Shown here piece by piece: positions 29,298-39,004 of a stretch of DNA of 64,000 nucleotides. The notes under the pieces are model-generated. The model had not been told where the DNA came from. It searched no databases and saw nothing but the letters and a program-made list of their open reading frames with translations. The stretch is from an uncultured Actinomycetes bacterium (GTDB lineage Bacteria > Actinomycetota > UBA4738 > JBBDTT01). Location of the stretch: positions 96,001 through 160,000 of the forward strand of contig CAVUMN010000004.1 of NCBI GenBank assembly GCA_963742735.1, given 5' to 3'. The first letter of the stretch is position 1. Every line of letters begins with the position of its first letter. The position numbers and the translations under genes are program-made.

Positions 29298-29777
29298 ATG
29301 AGCGCCGTGCCCGCTCCCGCCGAGACCCTTCGCGCCCTCTACGAGGCGTTCACCGCGCATGACGGCGAGGCAATGGCGGCCTGTTACGCGCCCGGCGCGT
29401 CGTTCGAGGATCCCGTGTTCACGCTTCCGAACGGTGAGGTCGGCGACATGTGGCGGATGCTCAACGAGCGCGGCACCGCGACCATCGAGTACCGGATCGC
29501 GGACGACGCCCACGTCGAGTGGACGGCCGACTACGTGTTCGAGGGGAACCCCGTCCACAACGAGGTCAGCAGCGCGTTCGAGTTCGGTCCGGACGGCGTG
29601 ATCACCAAGCAGGTGGACACGTTCGACTTCCCCACGTGGGCCGGGCAGGCGCTCGGACTCAAGGGCAAGCTCCTGGGCCGGTTCGGCTTCTTCCACAACG
29701 CCGTCCGCAAGATGACGGCAAGTCGCCTCGCGAGCTGGCAACGCCGCGCCGCCGGGGGCCAGACGCCGCCGCCGTAG
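29298..29777 (+). CDS. SnoaL/NTF2-like protein
   Basis: YEAFTAHDGEAMAACY..ASFEDP, W.A.Y.F, D.FDF..W..QALG. Confidence 0.85.
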   Translation: MSAVPAPAETLRALYEAFTAHDGEAMAACYAPGASFEDPVFTLPNGEVGDMWRMLNERGTATIEYRIADDAHVEWTADYVFEGNPVHNEVSSAFEFGPDGVITKQVDTFDFPTWAGQALGLKGKLLGRFGFFHNAVRKMTASRLASWQRRAAGGQTPPP

Positions 29778-29781
29778 GGCG

Positions 29782-30183
29782 ATGAGCCGGCGTGGGCTGC
29801 AGCTGCTGCTGACGGTCCTCGGACTTGTGGCCGTCACCTTCGGTACCCTCTCCGCCCTCCTCGGAGCCGTATCGGTGGAGGGAGTCGTCGAGGCGCCGGC
29901 GAGCCTGGACAGCGAGCTCCGCTACTACGCAGTCTGGTACGTGATGGCCGGCGTGCTCGTCCTTCGGACGGTCCGACGGGTCGAGGCCGAGACCACGCTC
30001 CTGCGGATCGTGTGCGCGGCCCTGTTCGCCGGCGGCGCGGTTCGCCTGCTGTCGATCGCCTCGGTGGGAACGCCGCACGCCGCCTATCTCTGGCTGATGG
30101 GCCTCGAGCTGGGGCTCCCGGTCGTGATCGTGCCGTGGCAGGCCGCCGTGGCCCGGCGGAGGCTCACCCGAGGGCGGGCGTGA
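29782..30183 (+). CDS. DUF4345-like membrane protein
   Basis: LDSELRYY and FAGGAVRLLS; 4 TM segments. Confidence 0.75.
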   Translation: MSRRGLQLLLTVLGLVAVTFGTLSALLGAVSVEGVVEAPASLDSELRYYAVWYVMAGVLVLRTVRRVEAETTLLRIVCAALFAGGAVRLLSIASVGTPHAAYLWLMGLELGLPVVIVPWQAAVARRRLTRGRA

Positions 30184-32017
30184 CGCAGATCTCGCCCACG
30201 ACCTCGCCGCACGCCGGGGCCGTCGCCCGGATCGGCGGGAGCCGCGGCATGACCGGAAGCAGGACGCTCGATCGGTGCCCGGCGTCCTGCAGGATCGTCA
30301 CCAGCCCCGCCTGGTTCGGCTCGTACGCGTAGGTCGAGATCGGGTCGTTCGGCGGCGGCGCGTGGACCTGCAGGACCAGCGCGTGGCCGGCGCGGAACAC
30401 GTGCCCGAACGGGAACAGCTCGATCTCGAACCTGGTGGCCTCGTCCGGGCTCAGGAGCTGCGCGCCGACGAAGCCGTAGTAGGGCCGGTACAGGCTGCCC
30501 TTCATCGGGCCGAGGCGGACCTTCGCGGAGCGCTTCAGGTCGAAGGTCCCGGCGAACGATCCACGCAAGAGGCCGCGCTGGACGAAGGTGGTGTCGCCGG
30601 TGGCGAGGTCGAGGTCGAGGACCTCGACGAAGAAGTCGACGTCGACCGAGGTCGTGCGGGCGTGCAGGGTCAGCACCGAGGGGCCCGCGATCGCCGTGGT
30701 GCGATCGAAGGCGAGCTCGTAGCGCGCGGTGTCGGGCAGGCCCGTGGTGTAGGTGACCGGAGCCAGGCCGCCGGGGCCGAGCGCACCGACGTCGCCGGTG
30801 AGGCCGCGGCCGGTGCCGGTGCTCAGGTACGGCGTCTCTCCATCGGGACCGGGTTCGCGCCCGAGGGTCCCGTCCGCGCGGAGGTGGTAACGCGTCCATC
30901 TCGTCTCGGGGAACGGCCAGTCAGGCGCGGTGTAGGGGGCCAGCCGGTCGGCGCCCATGGACTCGAAGTGGGCGAGCACCCGCTTGCGAGGGTCCAAGAC
31001 CTCGCGGCAGGGGGTTCCGTCCGCGGCCCGGGCCGCGCGCGAGCCGGCGTGCAACACCCAGCAGTCGAGCCAGTCCTTCTTCGTGTCGGTGGGGTCGTTC
31101 GGGTTGTGCCGCCCGGTCGAGAGCACGAGTCGCTTCGGCAAGCGCTTGGGGATGTTCTCCCACAGCACGTGGCCGCCCCGAGGCCCGGTCTGCTCGTCCT
31201 GGTATTGCTGTCCGAGCTGGATCGGCGCGTTCAGGCGGCGGATCTGCGCCATCAAGCCCTGCCGGATGGCCCACGTGTCCGGCCCGGCCTCGCGGTTCGG
31301 ATACGTATCGAGCAACCCCTGCACGTTGAAAACGCTGGAGCCCTGGTGGTCGAGGTAGTTCTCGCGACAGTGCTGGTCGGCCTGGAGCTCGTCGAGGTTC
31401 GACGCATGCTCGCCTGCCGGGCGCACGCCCGCGCCCCAGAGGACCGGGAAGCCGGGGTTGGGTACGCCGCCCGGGTACAGGATGCCGCGATAGAAGTCGT
31501 CGATGAGCCCGGAGATCGCGGTTGCCTCGAGGTGTTTCGGCGCCTGGGCGGCGACCAGGAACCCGCTCAGGCCGCCGTAGGAGTGGCCGAAGATGCCGAC
31601 ACGGCCGTTGAACCACGGCCGGGTGGGCAGCCACTCGTCGATGACCTCCTTCCCATCCAGGGCCGATCGAGTGCTGAACAGCTCGAGCTGACCGCTCGAG
31701 CAGCCGGTGCCCCGGATCGACGCGGCGACCAGCACATACCCGGCGTGGTCGTCGTCGCGCGATGAGTCGTTCTGGCCGCCCGCGCCGCCGTAGCCCTCGG
31801 TCGTGTACAGGACGGGATACCGGCGCCCCGCGACGAAGTCGGGCGGGAAGAACACGCGGACGGCGATCTCCTCGCCGTCGGAGACGGTGACGTAGTGGAA
31901 CTCGGGCGCCGGCGGGGCCGCGTGCGCCGCGACCGGCGCCAGGGCGGGTGCGGCGACGGTCAGGACGACGAGGACGGGTATCAGGGCTCGGGTTCGCAAC
32001 GTCAGGGCTCGCTTCAC
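30164..32017 (-). CDS. Secreted CocE/NonD family hydrolase
   Basis: Signal peptide, RGTGCSSG, nucleophile GHSYGG and a C-terminal beta domain. Confidence 0.88.
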   Translation of the reverse strand: MKRALTLRTRALIPVLVVLTVAAPALAPVAAHAAPPAPEFHYVTVSDGEEIAVRVFFPPDFVAGRRYPVLYTTEGYGGAGGQNDSSRDDDHAGYVLVAASIRGTGCSSGQLELFSTRSALDGKEVIDEWLPTRPWFNGRVGIFGHSYGGLSGFLVAAQAPKHLEATAISGLIDDFYRGILYPGGVPNPGFPVLWGAGVRPAGEHASNLDELQADQHCRENYLDHQGSSVFNVQGLLDTYPNREAGPDTWAIRQGLMAQIRRLNAPIQLGQQYQDEQTGPRGGHVLWENIPKRLPKRLVLSTGRHNPNDPTDTKKDWLDCWVLHAGSRAARAADGTPCREVLDPRKRVLAHFESMGADRLAPYTAPDWPFPETRWTRYHLRADGTLGREPGPDGETPYLSTGTGRGLTGDVGALGPGGLAPVTYTTGLPDTARYELAFDRTTAIAGPSVLTLHARTTSVDVDFFVEVLDLDLATGDTTFVQRGLLRGSFAGTFDLKRSAKVRLGPMKGSLYRPYYGFVGAQLLSPDEATRFEIELFPFGHVFRAGHALVLQVHAPPPNDPISTYAYEPNQAGLVTILQDAGHRSSVLLPVMPRLPPIRATAPACGEVVGEICVTPALG

Positions 32018-32345
32018 TCGGGCGGGATTCGGACGGGTGCTACTTTCGCCCGCGACCGGCCCGAGTCCTGCGGCAGCGTCAATCAGGGACGCGAGATATG
32101 GCCCCTACGGACCATCTTCAAAATGGGCAATGCGGGGGCTTCCCGACATCGCGGCCGATGCCTAGCGTTAGCGGCGCAGAACCAGCCAGCCCGGGCGGCC
32201 CATGAGGCGCCCACGACCGGAAAGGAGGCACTCGCGGCAGGCGGCGTTGCTCGCCGCGTTCCCATCCCATCGAATCCGCGCCGACCTCAGCGCCCCCCCT
32301 TCGGGAACCCGCCGAGGTCGGGTCCCCGCTTGGAGGCAACACCCA

Positions 32346-33026
32346 ATGAAACGAGTCGCGCGGGCGGTGGCCCTTTCCCTGGTGGCGCTGGTGGCGCTGC
32401 CGACCTGGGCTCACGCGCAGTCGGTTCCGGACGTCCCGGACCCCTCGGCCATCATCCAGATCATCCAGGACCGCCTCGAGGGCCTGGGCGCTCCCGACCT
32501 GACGAGCATCCTCGGCGACGAGATCGTGGTCGACACGGGCCAGCTCGGCATCCCGGCCGAGGTCCCGGTCAGCGTGCGGATCAACATCGAGATGCTCCCG
32601 CTGGCCCTGATGTCGACGATCCCGAGGGCGCCCGACGTGGGCAGCCTCTTCGATCTCGGCCTGCCGGGCCTTCCCGGCACGGGCGAGGACGGTGAGTGCA
32701 GCCTGGTGGACCAGGTGGTCGACCAGGTGCCGGGCGTGGTCATCCGTATCTGCATCAGCATGGGACGGATGCCGGAGGGGATCCCGGAGCTGCCGGGCCT
32801 TCCGGGAACCCCCGGGCTCCCTGAGCTCCCCGGCGTTCCCGAGCTCCCGGGCGTCCCCGGCCTTCCGGGCCTGCCGGGCCTTCCGGGCCTGCCCGGCGTG
32901 CCGAACGTCGACCCGACGGATCCGGTCGGCACGGTCACCGGTGTCGTGGACGACGTCACCGGCGGCGGCCTGCCCCAGCCGATCCAGGGCGTCATCGACA
33001 CGGTGACGGGCATCCTCGGCCTGTAA
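32346..33026 (+). CDS. Secreted hypothetical protein with a (PGL/PEL)n collagen-like repeat
   Basis: MKRVARAVALS...AHA signal peptide, GGAGG RBS, tripeptide repeat. Confidence 0.75.
   Translation: MKRVARAVALSLVALVALPTWAHAQSVPDVPDPSAIIQIIQDRLEGLGAPDLTSILGDEIVVDTGQLGIPAEVPVSVRINIEMLPLALMSTIPRAPDVGSLFDLGLPGLPGTGEDGECSLVDQVVDQVPGVVIRICISMGRMPEGIPELPGLPGTPGLPELPGVPELPGVPGLPGLPGLPGLPGVPNVDPTDPVGTVTGVVDDVTGGGLPQPIQGVIDTVTGILGL
32783..32903 (+). repeat. 9-nt tandem coding repeat (PGL/PEL/PGV)
   Basis: Repeated ccgggcct(t/g)-type units. Confidence 0.8.
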
Positions 33027-33047
33027 CCGAACCACGCGGCGAACGGC

Positions 33048-33072
33048 GGCGGCGTCCCGAGGGGGCGCCGCC
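33048..33072 (+). terminator. GC-rich hairpin after the repeat protein gene
   Basis: ggcggcgtccc/gggggcgccgcc inverted repeat; no U-tract. Confidence 0.4.
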
Positions 33073-33125
33073 ACCGCGTCGGGCCCCGAACGGCGCTTGT
33101 TTCGGGAACGCCGTACGCTCGCTTC

Positions 33126-33545
33126 GTGACCGATTGGAACCGGGGCATCATCGAGGAGTTCCGCGAGAACGAGGGTCGGGTCGGCGGCCCGTTCCAGGGA
33201 CGCCCGCTGCTCCTGCTACACCACCGAGGGGCGAGGACCGGTACCGAGCGCGTGAACCCTCTCGCCTACCTGAAGGTCGGCGACGCGTACGCGGTGTTCG
33301 CATCGAAGGGCGGCGCACCGACGAACCCGGACTGGTACCACAACCTGATCGCGAACCCCCGAGCCCGCATCGAGGCGGGCACCGAGACGCACGACGTGAT
33401 CGCGCGCGCCGCGGAAGGCGAGGAGCGCGAGCGGATCTGGGAGGCCATCAAGCGCGAGGCCCCGGCGTTCGCGAGCTACGAGCAGCGAACGGCCCGCGTG
33501 ATCCCGGTGATCGTCCTGGAGCCCGTGGGCGTCGAAGCCTCCTAG
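33126..33545 (+). CDS. F420-dependent nitroreductase (Ddn family)
   Basis: IIEEFR, LLLLHH.GARTG, ASKGG..NPDWYHNL.ANP, YEQRT.R.IPV. Confidence 0.92.
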   Translation: MTDWNRGIIEEFRENEGRVGGPFQGRPLLLLHHRGARTGTERVNPLAYLKVGDAYAVFASKGGAPTNPDWYHNLIANPRARIEAGTETHDVIARAAEGEERERIWEAIKREAPAFASYEQRTARVIPVIVLEPVGVEAS

Positions 33546-33615
33546 CCATCCCTCAGGTCTCGGGTCTGGAGCCGGGCATGGACCCCCTCTACACTCTCGA
33601 CGCGAAGGAGGTCCG

Positions 33616-34230
33616 ATGGGCATCGTCAAGTTCGACATCTCCATGTCCCTCGACGGGTTCATCGCGGGGCCGAACGACGGCCCGGAGCTGGGCCTCGGCG
33701 AAGGCGGCGAAGCGCTTCACGAGTGGATCTACGACCTGGTCAGCTGGCGCGAGCCGCACCAGCTTGAGGGCGGCCACGGCGGGCCGGATTCCGACCTGGT
33801 GGCCGAGGCTTCCGAGAACATCGGCGCGGCGGTGATGGGCCGCAAGATGTTCGACAACGCGATCGACGCGTGGGGCGAGGAGCCCCCGTTCCACGGACCC
33901 GTCTTCGTCCTCACCCATCGCGGCCAGGATCCGGTCGAGCGGATCGGCACGACGTTCACGTTCGTCACCGAGGGGCCCGAGCGCGCCATGGAGCTCGCGA
34001 AGGAGGCCGCCGGCGATCAGGACGTCGCCATCTCCGGCGGCGCCGATGTAGCCCAGCAGTACCTGCGCCTAGGCATGGTCGACACCGCTCAGGTACACAT
34101 CGTGCCGATCCTGCTCGGCGGAGGCCGACGCATGTTCGAGAAGCTCGACGGCGTCGGCCTCGAGCAGGACCGAGTGGTCGAAGGCGACGGGGTCACCCAC
34201 ATCCGCTACCGCGCGGGGCTGTCCGGGTGA
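33616..34230 (+). CDS. DHFR/RibD C-terminal-like protein
   Basis: SMSLDGFIAG, VMGRKMF, FVLTH, SGGA and PILLGGG. Confidence 0.9.
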   Translation: MGIVKFDISMSLDGFIAGPNDGPELGLGEGGEALHEWIYDLVSWREPHQLEGGHGGPDSDLVAEASENIGAAVMGRKMFDNAIDAWGEEPPFHGPVFVLTHRGQDPVERIGTTFTFVTEGPERAMELAKEAAGDQDVAISGGADVAQQYLRLGMVDTAQVHIVPILLGGGRRMFEKLDGVGLEQDRVVEGDGVTHIRYRAGLSG

Positions 34231-34712
34231 GCTCACCCGAACGACTCCGCGAGCTGGCGCTCTCCATCCTCGACGCGAACACGTACGTGGTCCTCGGGAC
34301 GGCGGGGGCCGACGGCGCGCCGTGGGTGTCGCCCGTATGGTTCGCGGCCGCCGGACCGCGCGAGCTGTTCTGGGTGTCGTCGCCGGAGACGCGGCACTCT
34401 CGGAACATCGCCGAGCGGCCCGAGGTGAGCGCGGCGATCTTCGACTCGCGCCAGCCGATCGGGACCGGCGAGGGGCTGTACGTACAGGGCGTGGCGGCCC
34501 AGGTGACGGGGCCAGACCTCGAGCACGGCCTCGAGGTCTTCTCGACGGAGGCGGTCGCCCAGGGCGGGCGCCGATGGACATCCGAGGACGTGACCGGGTC
34601 GGCGTTGCACCGGCTGTACCGGCTGCGAGCCGAGACCCACTGGGTGCTCGACCCGGACGGGAACCCGGCGCATGGAGGACGGCTCGATTTCCGCGTGAAG
34701 GTCGAGCTCTGA
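34227..34712 (+). CDS. Pyridoxamine 5'-phosphate oxidase-like split barrel protein
   Basis: LGTAGADGAPWVSPV and RHSRNI; GTGA overlap with the upstream gene. Confidence 0.85.
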   Translation: MSSPERLRELALSILDANTYVVLGTAGADGAPWVSPVWFAAAGPRELFWVSSPETRHSRNIAERPEVSAAIFDSRQPIGTGEGLYVQGVAAQVTGPDLEHGLEVFSTEAVAQGGRRWTSEDVTGSALHRLYRLRAETHWVLDPDGNPAHGGRLDFRVKVEL

Positions 34713-34748
34713 GCGGACGGAATCGAAGCAGGGAGAATAGGTACCATG

Positions 34749-34821
34749 GCCCTCGTAGCTCAGTGGATAGAGCAACGGTTTCCTAAACCGTGTGTCGGAG
34801 GTTCGATTCCTCCCGGGGGCA
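34749..34821 (+). tRNA. tRNA-Arg(CCT)
   Basis: Acceptor stem GCCCTCG/CGGGGGC, D-arm GCTC..GAGC, anticodon arm ACGGT-TTCCTAA-ACCGT, T-loop GGTTCGATTCC; CCA not encoded. Confidence 0.96.
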
Positions 34822-34883
34822 CGGGCTTTGGCACCCTTGCGCACCGTTGAGCTCGTCGGAAGGGCCGTCACAGGATCGCAATT

Positions 34884-36119
34884 TCAGCTCGCCAGCCGGA
34901 GGACCTTGAACGTGGGGATCGGCCTGCTGAACCCCTTCAGCTGGACGTCGGGCATGGGCTCGATGACGGCCCGGCCCTCGACCGCGGCGTGCACCCGCTG
35001 GCTAATGAGGATCTCGCCCGGTCCGGCGACGTCGCTCAGGCGCGCCGCCAGGTTCACGCAGTTGCCGATCGCCGCGTAGTCGTAGCGCCCCTCGAACCCG
35101 ATGCGGCCGAGCGTGGCGTAGCCCGTGGCGATCCCGACGCCCAGCCCGAGGACGTAGCCGCGGCGCTCCCAGTCGGCGGCGAGCGGGCCGAAGCGCTCCC
35201 GCATCTGAACGCCGGTACTCACGGCCGCGGCCGCGTGCTCCAGATCGGGGACCGGATCGTTGAAGAACGCCATGAGCCCGTCGCCTGCGAAATGCTCAAG
35301 GGTTCCCCCGTTCGCGACGATGACCTCCCCCACCGCCGTGTGGTACTGGCGAAGGACGCCGAGCACCTCCTCGGGCTCAGCGGTTTCGGCGAAGGCGGTG
35401 AAGCCGCGAAGGTCGCTGAACAGAACGGTGATCTCGCGGCGGTGCCCGGCCAGGAGCGACTCGCCCTCGTCGCTGGACAGCAGCGCCGCGACTTGCGGCG
35501 CGAACCGTGCCAGCTCGGTCCGCTGGCGTTCCACGGTCTGGTAGAGGCGAACCTGCTCGATGGCCACGGTGACCTGATCGGCGAACGTCTGCAGCAGCCC
35601 GATCTCCGCGGCGCTGAAGGGACGAACCTCGTTGCGGCCGATGGCCAAGGCGCCGAGCGCCACACCGTCGCGGAGCATGGGAACGGCGAGCGCCGTTCGA
35701 TAGCCGCCGGCCTGCTGGAGATGCCCCGCGGTGTACTCGGCGTCCGACACCACGTCCTCGATGTGGACGACGTCTTGCGTGGTCACGGTCCGGCCGATGA
35801 CGGTGGTCCGGTCCGCGGTGTAGACGTGGTCGCGGGCAAGCCGTTGGTACTCCGGCGAGAAGCTCTTGAACGCACGGGCCCGGAAGACGTCTCCGTCGCG
35901 AAGGGCGAGGTTCCCGGAGTCGCCGTGGCACAGCCGGACCGCGCCCTCGACCACCGCATCCAGGACGAGTTGGAGGTCGAAGGCCGACCGGGCGATCGTC
36001 TGCATGACGTCGCGGACGGCCGCCTCGCGCTCCTCGGCACGACGGAGCTCGTCTCGCAGACCCGCCGCCTCCTCCTGAGCATCCACGAACCTGAAGTCTG
36101 AACCATCACCGTTCTCCAC
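34884..36119 (-). CDS. GAF-domain class III nucleotide cyclase
   Basis: GAF domain (LAVPML, PFSAAEI.LL..FADQ); LFSDLRGFT, EHFAGDG and VNLAARL. Confidence 0.9.
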   Translation of the reverse strand: MENGDGSDFRFVDAQEEAAGLRDELRRAEEREAAVRDVMQTIARSAFDLQLVLDAVVEGAVRLCHGDSGNLALRDGDVFRARAFKSFSPEYQRLARDHVYTADRTTVIGRTVTTQDVVHIEDVVSDAEYTAGHLQQAGGYRTALAVPMLRDGVALGALAIGRNEVRPFSAAEIGLLQTFADQVTVAIEQVRLYQTVERQRTELARFAPQVAALLSSDEGESLLAGHRREITVLFSDLRGFTAFAETAEPEEVLGVLRQYHTAVGEVIVANGGTLEHFAGDGLMAFFNDPVPDLEHAAAAVSTGVQMRERFGPLAADWERRGYVLGLGVGIATGYATLGRIGFEGRYDYAAIGNCVNLAARLSDVAGPGEILISQRVHAAVEGRAVIEPMPDVQLKGFSRPIPTFKVLRLAS

Positions 36120-36257
36120 ACCTCCCTCCCTGCAGCTCAGGCTCGGCTGAGGACCTGCTCAGGGGCGGGGGGGAAGCGGCGGGCCCAGGATCGAACGTGA
36201 AGACGTCGAAGGTGTAGGTAGCGGTCATGAGGTCAGACCACCGCCCGCACACCTCTG

Positions 36258-36863
36258 TCAGGTTGAATACTTCGGGCGCCCGGTGGGCCGGTAGACCTGG
36301 ATCGTTGTCCCATTCGGGAAGGTTCGCGAATCGACCAGTTCGAGCGCTACGTCTGGGCCTGTATCGGGGAACAGTCGCGTGCCCTGGCCGATTACCACGG
36401 GATAGGTGATCAGGGTGATCTCGTCGACAAGCTCGTTGTCGAGTAGCCAGCGGATCAGAGCGCCGCTGCCGTGGACCTGCAGTTCACCTGCCGGCTTGGC
36501 TTTCAGTTCGCCGATGGCCGCCACGACGTCTCCGGAGAGGACGGTCGTGTCCGCCCATTGTGGGTCGGTGAGCGTGGTCGATGCCACGTACTTGGGCGTC
36601 TCGTTCAACGCCACGCCGATGGGGTGGGCGCGCATATCTGCGATTGCTCCCCAAGAGCTGGCGAAGATCTCGTAGGTCCGCCGGCCGAACAGGAACGCTT
36701 CGGCGCGCTGGTAGACCTGCTCGAGAAACGTCGCGGCCGCGCCCTCGAACAGCGGCAGAGCCCATCCGCCGCGCTCGAATCCCTCCCTGCGGTCCTCATC
36801 AGACCCGCCGAGTCCCTGCATGACGCCGTCGACGGAGACGTGCGTGACAGTCGTCAGTTTCAT
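36258..36863 (-). CDS. DHFR/RibD C-terminal-like protein
   Basis: SVDGVMQG, LFGRRTY, VHGSG and YPVVIGQGTRLF; ATG overlaps the cyclase stop. Confidence 0.9.
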   Translation of the reverse strand: MKLTTVTHVSVDGVMQGLGGSDEDRREGFERGGWALPLFEGAAATFLEQVYQRAEAFLFGRRTYEIFASSWGAIADMRAHPIGVALNETPKYVASTTLTDPQWADTTVLSGDVVAAIGELKAKPAGELQVHGSGALIRWLLDNELVDEITLITYPVVIGQGTRLFPDTGPDVALELVDSRTFPNGTTIQVYRPTGRPKYST

Positions 36864-38113
36864 GGGTTCGCCCCTGTCTCTCGTAGTGGTCGGTTCAGGC
36901 CGATCTCGGACCGCGACCCGACGAGGTACCACGTCTCCATCGGGCCCTTGCCCTTGACCGAGATCGTGCCTCGCGGCGAGCAGACGAACTCGTCCTTCAG
37001 CAGCTCATAGGTCGCGCGCGTGATCTGGATCTCGCCCGGCGTGCTGTTGGACTCCATGCGGCTCGCGATGTTCACCGCGTCGCCCCACAGGTCGTAGAGG
37101 AAGCGCTTCGTACCGATCACGCCGGCGACGACCGGCCCGGAGTTGATCCCGATCCTCAGCTCCAGACCGAGCCGGCGTGCGATGGGCGACTCCGCCAACG
37201 CGCCTCGCATGTCGAGCGCTAGGAGCGCGGCCTTGCGTGCGTGATCCGGGCCGGGATCCGGAACGCCGGCCGCCGCCATGTAGCAATCGCCGATCGTCTT
37301 GATCTTCTCCAACCCGTGCCGCTCGACGAGTGTGTCGAACTGAGAGAACAGTTGATCGAGGATCCCGACCACCTCCGTCGGCGCGAGGCTTCCGGCGAGC
37401 GGCGTGAAGTCGACGACGTCGGCGAACACGATGGAGGCCGCCTCGAAGTGGTCCGCGATCGACTGGGACGCGTCCTTCAGTCTCTCCGCGATCGAGCTGG
37501 GAAGGACGTTGAGCAGCAGCGCTTCAGCCTTCGCCTGCTCGGCCCGGAGCGCCGCCAGCGCCGCGTTGCGCTGGGTGGCGAACGACGCCAGGAGCATGAA
37601 CGCCACGGAGCCGGCTCCGATGACGTTCAAGGCGAGCATCGTGGTCGTGAACCAGGACGGAAGGTCGGCGGCCGGGAACAGCAGCTCGCCGAGGACGCCC
37701 GTCACGACGAAGACGAACACGAAGGTGACGAACCATCGCACCGCCTGCCGCACCTCGAGGAACACGAGCGCTCCGAGGGGAGCGAGGATCCCCCATAGCC
37801 CGACGCCGCCCGAGGGAAGGAATCCGCCGATGAGCATCTGTCCGGTCGTGGTCGTCAGCAGAACATCGAGGAGCTGCACGACGAGCAGGAACCGGAAGCT
37901 CCCGGTTCGCGCGAACACCGTCAGCGATCCGATCGAGATGGCGAAGTAGATGAACGGAACGATGCCGACCGGCGACCCGAACGCCAGGTACAGGCTGCCC
38001 CAGACGACGGAGACGGGCAGGATCAGGACCGCGAGCCGGACGAGGAGCCGCTTCCTCTGACGCAGATCCTCGTCGTCGCCCGGATCCGCCTCCCGCACCT
38101 CCACGCCGCGCAT
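36860..38113 (-). CDS. Membrane-anchored (about 6 TM) class IIIa adenylyl cyclase
   Basis: LL.NVLP..IAERLK, FADVVDFT, EKIKTIGDCYM, YDLWGDAVNIASRMES and VKGKG. Confidence 0.92.
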   Translation of the reverse strand: MRGVEVREADPGDDEDLRQRKRLLVRLAVLILPVSVVWGSLYLAFGSPVGIVPFIYFAISIGSLTVFARTGSFRFLLVVQLLDVLLTTTTGQMLIGGFLPSGGVGLWGILAPLGALVFLEVRQAVRWFVTFVFVFVVTGVLGELLFPAADLPSWFTTTMLALNVIGAGSVAFMLLASFATQRNAALAALRAEQAKAEALLLNVLPSSIAERLKDASQSIADHFEAASIVFADVVDFTPLAGSLAPTEVVGILDQLFSQFDTLVERHGLEKIKTIGDCYMAAAGVPDPGPDHARKAALLALDMRGALAESPIARRLGLELRIGINSGPVVAGVIGTKRFLYDLWGDAVNIASRMESNSTPGEIQITRATYELLKDEFVCSPRGTISVKGKGPMETWYLVGSRSEIGLNRPLRETGANP

Positions 38114-38167
38114 CTTCACCGGTGCCGCGGGACACCACAAATGAGCCCGACGCGGGAGGATGCACCC

Positions 38168-39004
38168 ATGCGTGCCGACGAACCCTCTCCCGCCCGGTCT
38201 CGATGGCCGCGCCTCGAAGGCAAGACGGCGGTGATCGTCGGGGCCGGACAGACCCCCGGAGCCACGATCGGCAACGGACGTGCCACCGCGCTGCGGTTCG
38301 CCGAAGAAGGGGCGCACCTGCTGCTCGTCGACCGGGACGACGCCTCCGTCAACGAGACGCGGGCGATGATCCTCGAGGCGGGAGGCCGGGCCGAAGTCTG
38401 CGTGGTGGACATCGCCGGATCCGACGGGCCGGGTGAGGTTCGTTCGCGGGCGCTGGAGGTCCTCGGGCGCATCAACATCCTCCACCACAACGTGGGCATC
38501 GGCGCGGGGGACAACACCCCCACGAAGCTCACCGAGGAGGCGTGGGACCGGATCATCGACGTGAACCTCAAGGCCATGTGGCGGATGTGCAAGGAGATCG
38601 TCCCGGTCATGCGCGAGCAGAACGGCGGGGTCATCGTGTGCGTCTCGTCGCTCGCCTCGGTCGCGTCGGCCGGCTCCATCACCGCGTACAAGATCTCGAA
38701 GGCCGGCGTGAACGCCCTGGTGCACTCGCTGGCGATCACGAACGCGCGATACGGCATCCGGGTCAACGCGATCCTGCCCGGGTTCATCGACACCCCCATG
38801 GCCGTCGACGCGCCGGCCGCGGCCTTCGGCGTGTCCCGCGAGGAGTACGCGGGCGGGCGCGACGCGATGGTGCCTCTGCGGAACCAGCAGGGCCGCGCCT
38901 GGGACGTCGCGAACGCCGCGCTGTTCCTCGCCTCGGACGAGGCCGCGTTCATCACCGGCGCGCTCCTGCCGGTCGACGGCGGGCAGAGCGCGAAGGTGGG
39001 CTAG
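38168..39004 (+). CDS. SDR oxidoreductase
   Basis: GAGQ...GNG, HNVGI, YKISK and RVNAILPG. Confidence 0.92.
   Translation: MRADEPSPARSRWPRLEGKTAVIVGAGQTPGATIGNGRATALRFAEEGAHLLLVDRDDASVNETRAMILEAGGRAEVCVVDIAGSDGPGEVRSRALEVLGRINILHHNVGIGAGDNTPTKLTEEAWDRIIDVNLKAMWRMCKEIVPVMREQNGGVIVCVSSLASVASAGSITAYKISKAGVNALVHSLAITNARYGIRVNAILPGFIDTPMAVDAPAAAFGVSREEYAGGRDAMVPLRNQQGRAWDVANAALFLASDEAAFITGALLPVDGGQSAKVG

Noticed and set aside
36120-36175. Hairpin upstream of the GAF-cyclase as a riboswitch
   Set aside because: A single imperfect GC-rich stem with no recognisable conserved loop
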